Assembly (NCBI GenBank): GCA_965203175.1
Contig: OZ241867.1
Span: 4,512,001-4,576,000 of the forward strand
Length of the DNA: 64,000 nt
From: Candidatus Latescibacterota bacterium
GTDB taxonomy: Bacteria; Latescibacterota; UBA2968; UBA8231
Reading direction: 5' to 3'
Shown here piece by piece: positions 58,586-64,000 of this stretch. The position numbers were made by a program, and so were the translations under genes. Numbering within the stretch: the first letter of the stretch is position 1; each line of letters opens with the position of its first letter. The notes under the pieces were generated by a model that was not told where the DNA came from, searched no databases, and was given only the letters and a program-made list of their open reading frames with translations.

Positions 58586-59413
58586 ATGAGACCGCTGGTC
58601 CTGTTCCACGGAGGCTGCAACGACGGCTTCTGTGCCGCGTGGATCTATCGCCGCTACGTAAACCCGCAAACCGAGTTTAAGGCGGTTCAATACAATACCG
58701 ATCCACCGGCTACGGCTGGTCGCGACGTCGTCATCCTCGACTTCAGCTATGAGCGGGCACAGCTCATGGAGATGCACGAACGCGCCCGCTCGCTCTTGGT
58801 TTTGGACCATCATGAGACGGCTGCGGACGCCTTAGCTGGACTCGACTATTGCGTATTCGCCGAGGGCAAGTCTGGCGCACGCATGACTTGGGAGTACTTT
58901 TTCGACCCCCGCTCTCAGGTCAGTGCCCACGACGTTCCCTGGCTAGTGGCCTATACCGAAGACCGCGACCTATGGCGATGGACTTTGCCCGATTCCAAGG
59001 CCGTCAACGCTGCCCTCGCCTCATACCCACGAGACTTTGCCGTGTGGGACAAAATCGCCGAGCGGGGACCGCAAGCTCTCGCCGTGGAGGGGCAAGCGAT
59101 TCTCCGCTTCCAATACCGGCTCATCCGGCCGCGTGTGCGGAATCACGGTTGGACCACCATTAGTGGCTTTCGCGTCCCCATCACCAATGCCACGTTTCTG
59201 ACCTCTGAAATCGGCAATGCCCTCGCCGAAGGGCATCCTTTTTCCGCGGTGTTCTTCATCCGCCCCGACAGCAAGGTCGTGTACAATCTGCGCTCCAAGG
59301 GGGACGCGGCCGCGGATGTGGGCCGCATCGCGCGCAATTACGGCGGTGGAGGGCACAAGCACGCGGCGGCTTTTACCTTGGAGACCATGTTGCCGATGGA
59401 AGCTGATACCTAG
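58586..59413 (+). CDS. DHH/DHHA1 phosphoesterase
   Basis: FHGGCNDGF, ILDFS, LDHH, EDRDLW, LRS, GGGGHKHAA. Confidence 0.92.
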   Translation: MRPLVLFHGGCNDGFCAAWIYRRYVNPQTEFKAVQYNTDPPATAGRDVVILDFSYERAQLMEMHERARSLLVLDHHETAADALAGLDYCVFAEGKSGARMTWEYFFDPRSQVSAHDVPWLVAYTEDRDLWRWTLPDSKAVNAALASYPRDFAVWDKIAERGPQALAVEGQAILRFQYRLIRPRVRNHGWTTISGFRVPITNATFLTSEIGNALAEGHPFSAVFFIRPDSKVVYNLRSKGDAAADVGRIARNYGGGGHKHAAAFTLETMLPMEADT

Positions 59414-60214
59414 ATGACCCCCGAACAGCGCTATCTATTCGACATCAACGGCTATTTGCACCTTCCCAACGTGCTCAGCGGCGGCGAACTAGCAGCCGCC
59501 CGAGCAGCCATAGATCGCTATATGGCCACGCCCGACGATGAACTGCCCGAGGGCTTTTCCCGCTCCAACGAAGGCAAGTTCTACGCCAACGGTTTTGCCT
59601 TCGACAAGGCGCTCGAATCCTTGATCTTCCACCCGATCCTGTGGCCCATCATCAAAGAATTCACCCACGATCGGCCTGCTTTTTCCCGGGGTACCCTGTT
59701 GATAGATAGTCACCAGCACGAGCCGGCGCGCCTGCATTGTGCTCGCGAAGATTTCGGCTGGCAAAGCACGCGCTACGACACCCGCGAGGACCGCATCTTC
59801 TGCGACGATTTTGTCATTTTCCCCTATTTCGACAACGTCTTTCCAAGCGACGGCGGCTTATTGGTGGTCCCTGGCTCGCACAAGGCGGCGTTTGCGCGTC
59901 CGCCCAGCCTGTTCAACGGCGGCGTCATCGCCGAGTTGGAGGACCTACCTGTTGGGGTTGTCAATGTAACACCGAGGGCCGGAGACGTCGTGGTAATGAC
60001 GGAAATGCTGGCCCACGGAACCTTGCAATGGAAGCCCAAAGATCGCCTACGACGCACCTTGGTGTTGCGCTATCGGCCCCAATTCAAGGGCCAAGCTGCG
60101 GTCCCGGAAGTCCTCTACGACCGCTTGTCGCCACAAACTATAGAACTGATGGCTCCGGCTCACTACACCCATGTCAAGGAGATCGTCAAGGAGGACGTGG
60201 TACGGCTCGCGTAA
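59414..60214 (+). CDS. Phytanoyl-CoA dioxygenase-like Fe(II)/2OG enzyme (HxA variant)
   Basis: YLFDINGYL, DGGLLVVPGSHK, AGDVV, LAHG, RR; proximal motif reads LHCA rather than HxD. Confidence 0.88.
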   Translation: MTPEQRYLFDINGYLHLPNVLSGGELAAARAAIDRYMATPDDELPEGFSRSNEGKFYANGFAFDKALESLIFHPILWPIIKEFTHDRPAFSRGTLLIDSHQHEPARLHCAREDFGWQSTRYDTREDRIFCDDFVIFPYFDNVFPSDGGLLVVPGSHKAAFARPPSLFNGGVIAELEDLPVGVVNVTPRAGDVVVMTEMLAHGTLQWKPKDRLRRTLVLRYRPQFKGQAAVPEVLYDRLSPQTIELMAPAHYTHVKEIVKEDVVRLA

Positions 60215-60232
60215 ACAAAATCAACATCAAGC

Positions 60233-60273
60233 AAAACAGGCACCTGCGATCGGTCGCAAGTGCCTGTTTTTTT
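60233..60273. terminator. Bidirectional terminator
   Basis: AAAACAGGCAC...GTGCCTGTTTTTTT between the PhyH gene and tRNA-Lys. Confidence 0.85.
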
Positions 60274-60348
60274 GGTGAGCCCACTGGGAGTCGAACCCAG
60301 GACCTACGGATTAAAAGTCCGGTGCTCTACCAGCTGAGCTATAGGCTC
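60273..60348 (-). tRNA. tRNA-Lys(TTT)
   Basis: GAGCCTA...CCGGA-CT-TTT-AA-TCCGT...GGTTCGACT...TGGGCTC-A-CCA, 76 nt. Confidence 0.97.
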
Positions 60349-60369
60349 TATCGGTGCTGTATCTAATTC

Positions 60370-60398
60370 AAAATAAGCGGTTTGCGTGTCCCTCGCAA
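60370..60398 (-). promoter_or_regulatory. Putative promoter for tRNA-Lys
   Basis: TTGCGA-17 nt-TATTTT. Confidence 0.55.
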
Positions 60399-60455
60399 GA
60401 CTTCCTACTGCATTGGTGGCTTTTATCCTAGGCCTAGCGGTACCCGCCAATAAGC

Positions 60456-62744
60456 TCAATAGGCCAACGCGATAATTTGGGTCGTTTTATGCGTCTGCGC
60501 ATCGCCTTGTACCACAATTCGCAAAATATAGTTGCCCGGCGCGACCAGTTGCCCGGATTCGTCCTGGCCGTCCCAACTCAATGTTATCGGCCCGGCTGTT
60601 TGCTGCTGGTCGTGTAGCACCCGGATTTCCCGTCCGCTCAGGTCGTAGAGTGCCACGTGCAGCAAACGGGGCTGGAGAATATTCAACAGGGCGAACTCTA
60701 TCTGCAGCAAATCGCCGATACCATCGCCGTTGGGGGTCACGAGCGCGGCCGACAACGCAAGTCCGTCAATCAACGCGGGGCCGACCGGTAGCGACACGGC
60801 GATCACTTCACTGGCAACCGCGTCGCTGGCATCACCCACATCCACCCGCTGCCTTATCTGTCGCTCTCTCCGACCACTGGCCAAGAAGGCCTCAAAGGGC
60901 ATCTGTTGGCGATATATGGTGCTGGCGAAGTCAAGCTCGATCAACCCGGCCCGGACGAACGGATTGGCAAAGGTAATGTCCCATCCGCCGTCCACTCGGG
61001 CGACCTCCGCGTTCAATACCTGCCCCCCAGAGCGGATCTCGTCAAGCTCAATGTCTGCTTTTGAACGCATGAGCAACTGATCGAAACCCGTGCTACCGGC
61101 ACCGACATCCCAACCAAGATAATAGGTGAACTCCGTGCGCTGCCCTGGTTCGGCCTGAATCGGGTAGATCTCCGCTCGCGTTGCTGCTGCCAACGGCTCG
61201 GCGTAGCTGAGGACCATCTCGTCGAGGATCGCCCCCTGCATGGGGTCGTCGCTGAGCAAATAGGCCTGCAATTGGACGAAACGCCTCGGCGTTGGCGAGA
61301 GAAAACCCCGATCTGACCGCTCGTACGCCTGACTCCAGATACTCCAATCGTCGCCGGGCGAACGGACCGTATCAATCCTGCCTTTAAAACTCGGTATGAG
61401 CTTGTTGTATTTCCTCTCGGTTACTTCCTTGCCGTTTTTGTCGTGGAAGACATAGGACTCCTGCAACAAGTTGCCCGTCCGCGAACGAATTTCTACGCGG
61501 GCCCCCTCAGGTGTCTCGACCTGCCAACTCAACCCCGTGGCGTTGCGCACCGCCCCCAGATCGTAGATCGGGGATTGCATGATGGTGCCGGCGGGATAGC
61601 CTTCGCCAAAGACCTGGAATTCGGCTGTCGTACCCGTGATGCAACACTGCCTGTTCGGATAGCGCATCCGCAGATAGCGCAGTGGCCGGAGCGAGAACTG
61701 CTCTTCAAAATGGACAATATCGCGCAAATTGCGGGGGTGTTCGGGCAACTCCCCTAGGACCTGCCAGCGCAGCGATCCGTCCGGTGCCAGCGATCCGTCC
61801 GACCCCCAGATGATATACCAAGGGAAGTGGATGGCGTTGCGCCGGGTCCAGCGCCAGTCAACGCTGCTGGGTGCAATGCCAGCCAGATCGCCCAAAATCC
61901 GCACCCGATCCACCCAGTATAGGGCACCCAAATCAAAGGTAAATTCCGTGTCGCCCGGTTGGGAAAACCCCCAGTAGCGCCAACTCGACACAATATCGCC
62001 GTCGATCAGCGCGTTGCTATTGCCCGTTGACTCGTAGCCTTCGGCCCGCGTGCCGATTTCGTTGAGGATATCGACCTGACCGCCGCGTTCCCGCATCCCC
62101 AGCGAGATATTGTCCCCCACGGCCTCTACCTCAATCGAACTAATTCCCGCGCCCACGGTGGGCAAGTCCACTTCAATGCGGATGAATTGCAGTGGCTTAA
62201 GGCCGTATTCGATGACCAACTCCCGCTGCTGGTTAAAGCTGTAGCGGACGCGATCGCTGTAGCGCACAATGCTCGGCAGAGGCAGTCCGGTCGAATCAAA
62301 AAAGCGCTCGCCATTGGACAGCAGAACCTGAAAAAGCTCCAGTGGCGGCCCATCTTCTCTGAGCCGCAAGACCACGCGCCGCGCGGAAACGACGCGGCCC
62401 AGATCGACCTCGACGTACATATTCTCGGGATCATCGCCCCAATCGGGAGCCCAGAAGCTGCTCAAGCTCCCGTCGATTAGGTTACCAGCATCGCCGCTGT
62501 TGGAGCCTGCAGCGCGGATGCCCCCGCCGAAATCTCCAGCATTGGCGACCGCGTCGATATCCCGCCGCACGAATCTGGGACCGGCCTTCCCTCGGCTGAT
62601 TTCGATTGCGTCGCCAGGCCGCTGCCACTCCCTCCAATCCGCGCTGGTCCCAATCCTCAGCTCCTCGCCCGTCGCGGATGAATATACCATACCGCAAAGC
62701 AGCAGGACCCAAAGAGCAAACCCCAACTGGCGTTTATTTTCCAC
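60456..62744 (-). CDS. Secreted protein with discoidin (F5/8)-like domains and C-terminal FlgD Ig-like domain
   Basis: Signal peptide; two LIDG...W / DLG repeats; C-terminal TPNGDG..D, YDLSGR, WDG.D..G..V.PG.Y. Confidence 0.85.
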   Translation of the reverse strand: MENKRQLGFALWVLLLCGMVYSSATGEELRIGTSADWREWQRPGDAIEISRGKAGPRFVRRDIDAVANAGDFGGGIRAAGSNSGDAGNLIDGSLSSFWAPDWGDDPENMYVEVDLGRVVSARRVVLRLREDGPPLELFQVLLSNGERFFDSTGLPLPSIVRYSDRVRYSFNQQRELVIEYGLKPLQFIRIEVDLPTVGAGISSIEVEAVGDNISLGMRERGGQVDILNEIGTRAEGYESTGNSNALIDGDIVSSWRYWGFSQPGDTEFTFDLGALYWVDRVRILGDLAGIAPSSVDWRWTRRNAIHFPWYIIWGSDGSLAPDGSLRWQVLGELPEHPRNLRDIVHFEEQFSLRPLRYLRMRYPNRQCCITGTTAEFQVFGEGYPAGTIMQSPIYDLGAVRNATGLSWQVETPEGARVEIRSRTGNLLQESYVFHDKNGKEVTERKYNKLIPSFKGRIDTVRSPGDDWSIWSQAYERSDRGFLSPTPRRFVQLQAYLLSDDPMQGAILDEMVLSYAEPLAAATRAEIYPIQAEPGQRTEFTYYLGWDVGAGSTGFDQLLMRSKADIELDEIRSGGQVLNAEVARVDGGWDITFANPFVRAGLIELDFASTIYRQQMPFEAFLASGRRERQIRQRVDVGDASDAVASEVIAVSLPVGPALIDGLALSAALVTPNGDGIGDLLQIEFALLNILQPRLLHVALYDLSGREIRVLHDQQQTAGPITLSWDGQDESGQLVAPGNYILRIVVQGDAQTHKTTQIIALAY

Positions 62745-62776
62745 GGTACGACTCCCGCGCTCGGGTATAAAGTACC

Positions 62777-63787
62777 CTACCCCACGCGATACTTCTCCAC
62801 AGCCTCCATATCCAGTTCAACGCCCAGCCCGGGCGCGTCCGGCACGGTGACGAAGCCATCGACCGGCGTTAAGGCTCCGCCGATTAGGTCGTTCTCGCGC
62901 GTGAAATGCAGGCTGTCGGAGGGGATCGTCGCATTGGGAATGGTCGCGTGGACATGCGTGCCATACGCCCCTGACACACCTAGTCCCAGCCCCACGACCT
63001 GCAACCAAACCGGCATCCCGGCCGCCGCGGCCATTCCGGCGCAGATCTGCGCGCGCTCGACATTGCCACCTAGATTGAAGCAATCAGCCGCCTCGGCGCG
63101 GATCGCGCTCAGTACCATCTGCGGATCGCCTAAATGAGGGGCGAGCCGGATGCGGGTGTGGCGGCGGAAATCGCGGTACTGATGCCAGCCCGGCAAGTAC
63201 TGGAAAGGATCCTCAAACGCCTCGATGTTATACGGCTCCAATGACTCGGCCAGCCGCAGGCTCGTGCTCAAATCGCCAAAGGAGAAATTCGGATCGACGA
63301 TAATGCCGTAGTCCGGGCCAGCGGCTTTGGTCATCAGCTTGACGGTCTCGACGATGTTCCAAGGCCGTGCCTTGAGCTTGTGGGTTTTAAACCCCTGCTT
63401 GGCCCCCTCTTCGGCCATGGCGGCGAATTCACGCGGCTCCAACGGCGGCGACCACCAGCCCACCGGCACTTGGGCCCAGTGCTTGGACCCCATCAGCTTC
63501 CAGGCCGGCACCCCGAGGGCCTTGCCGACAATGTCGTACAGGGCCATGATCATCGCTCCGCCCTTGTCGCCCAAGTTGACCTGCATGGGATCGACGCCGG
63601 TCCACTCGGCCTCCAAGCTAGCCAACGAGCCACCACGCCCCCCTTCGCCCACTCCGTAGATGCCCTCGTCGGTATACACCTTAATCAGGCTGATGGGCTG
63701 TTCCAAGTAATGGCCGGGACGACTCTTTTCGATTGAGGGAATATGCGGCACTGCGGTGACAAACTCTTCGATCTGGGTGATTTTCAC
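62777..63787 (-). CDS. Mandelate racemase/muconate lactonizing enzyme family protein
   Basis: TDEGIYGVGE, ALYDIVGKALG.P, KLK, VDPN, FEDP, PGLGVELD. Confidence 0.92.
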   Translation of the reverse strand: MKITQIEEFVTAVPHIPSIEKSRPGHYLEQPISLIKVYTDEGIYGVGEGGRGGSLASLEAEWTGVDPMQVNLGDKGGAMIMALYDIVGKALGVPAWKLMGSKHWAQVPVGWWSPPLEPREFAAMAEEGAKQGFKTHKLKARPWNIVETVKLMTKAAGPDYGIIVDPNFSFGDLSTSLRLAESLEPYNIEAFEDPFQYLPGWHQYRDFRRHTRIRLAPHLGDPQMVLSAIRAEAADCFNLGGNVERAQICAGMAAAAGMPVWLQVVGLGLGVSGAYGTHVHATIPNATIPSDSLHFTRENDLIGGALTPVDGFVTVPDAPGLGVELDMEAVEKYRVG

Positions 63788-63789
63788 GA

Positions 63790-64000
63790 TTACACCTCCC
63801 TTAGCCAGTCCTCGGGGATGTCGATCCCAAAGCCGGGGCCTTTGGGCAGACCAAGCAGGCCGTTTTGTGGCACGTTAGTCCCCGGCGGAACTTTGTAGTG
63901 TCGCTGCCCCGATTTTGAAGGCGTCCCGATGTAACACTCCGACAACGGCACCCCGGGCAGGGAGCCGATGAAAAATTCGATCAGTGGGGTATTGGGCATC
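63790..64000 (-). CDS. Enolase-superfamily (MR/MLE) protein, 3' end only
   Basis: C-terminal P.NG.L.LP.GPGFGIDI motif; runs off the window end. Confidence 0.65.
   Translation of the reverse strand, partial: MPNTPLIEFFIGSLPGVPLSECYIGTPSKSGQRHYKVPPGTNVPQNGLLGLPKGPGFGIDIPEDWLREV

Overview
A roughly 60% GC, gene-dense core-chromosome segment of a bacterium. The short region-1.1-less sigma-70, the long-roof GroES paralogue, the ACIII-caa3 operon and the secreted discoidin/FlgD-Ig protein point to the FCB group, perhaps Candidatus Latescibacterota (inference). It carries translation and ribosome genes (rimP, partial nusA, der, miaA, rqcH, valS, epmA, smpB, rph, 4 tRNAs), proteostasis genes (clpP, clpX, an M16 pair, trxA, groES-like), gcvT/gcvP, coaE, hemL, gmd, a murQ-led sugar cluster and a complete 12-gene alternative complex III plus A2-type caa3 oxidase operon. 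No CRISPR array, integrase, transposase or prophage was seen. The best leads are: (1) a stand-alone DnaC/IstB-type Zn-finger AAA+ translationally coupled between smpB and rph; (2) a PhyH-type Fe/2OG enzyme with an HxA halogenase-like motif coupled to a DHH phosphoesterase; (3) rimP apparently starting at AUU behind a leader attenuator; (4) an EpmA retaining a LysRS-like OB fold; (5) an AI-2E permease with an inserted, apparently circularly permuted ASH/Ig domain paired with a cNMP-binding protein; (6) an extended cold-shock protein in the slot directly upstream of clpX; (7) an uncalled 51-aa ORF behind the sigma factor; (8) a recurring TTGnnn-17-TAnnTT promoter variant. All family calls come from reading motifs by eye; no searches were run.
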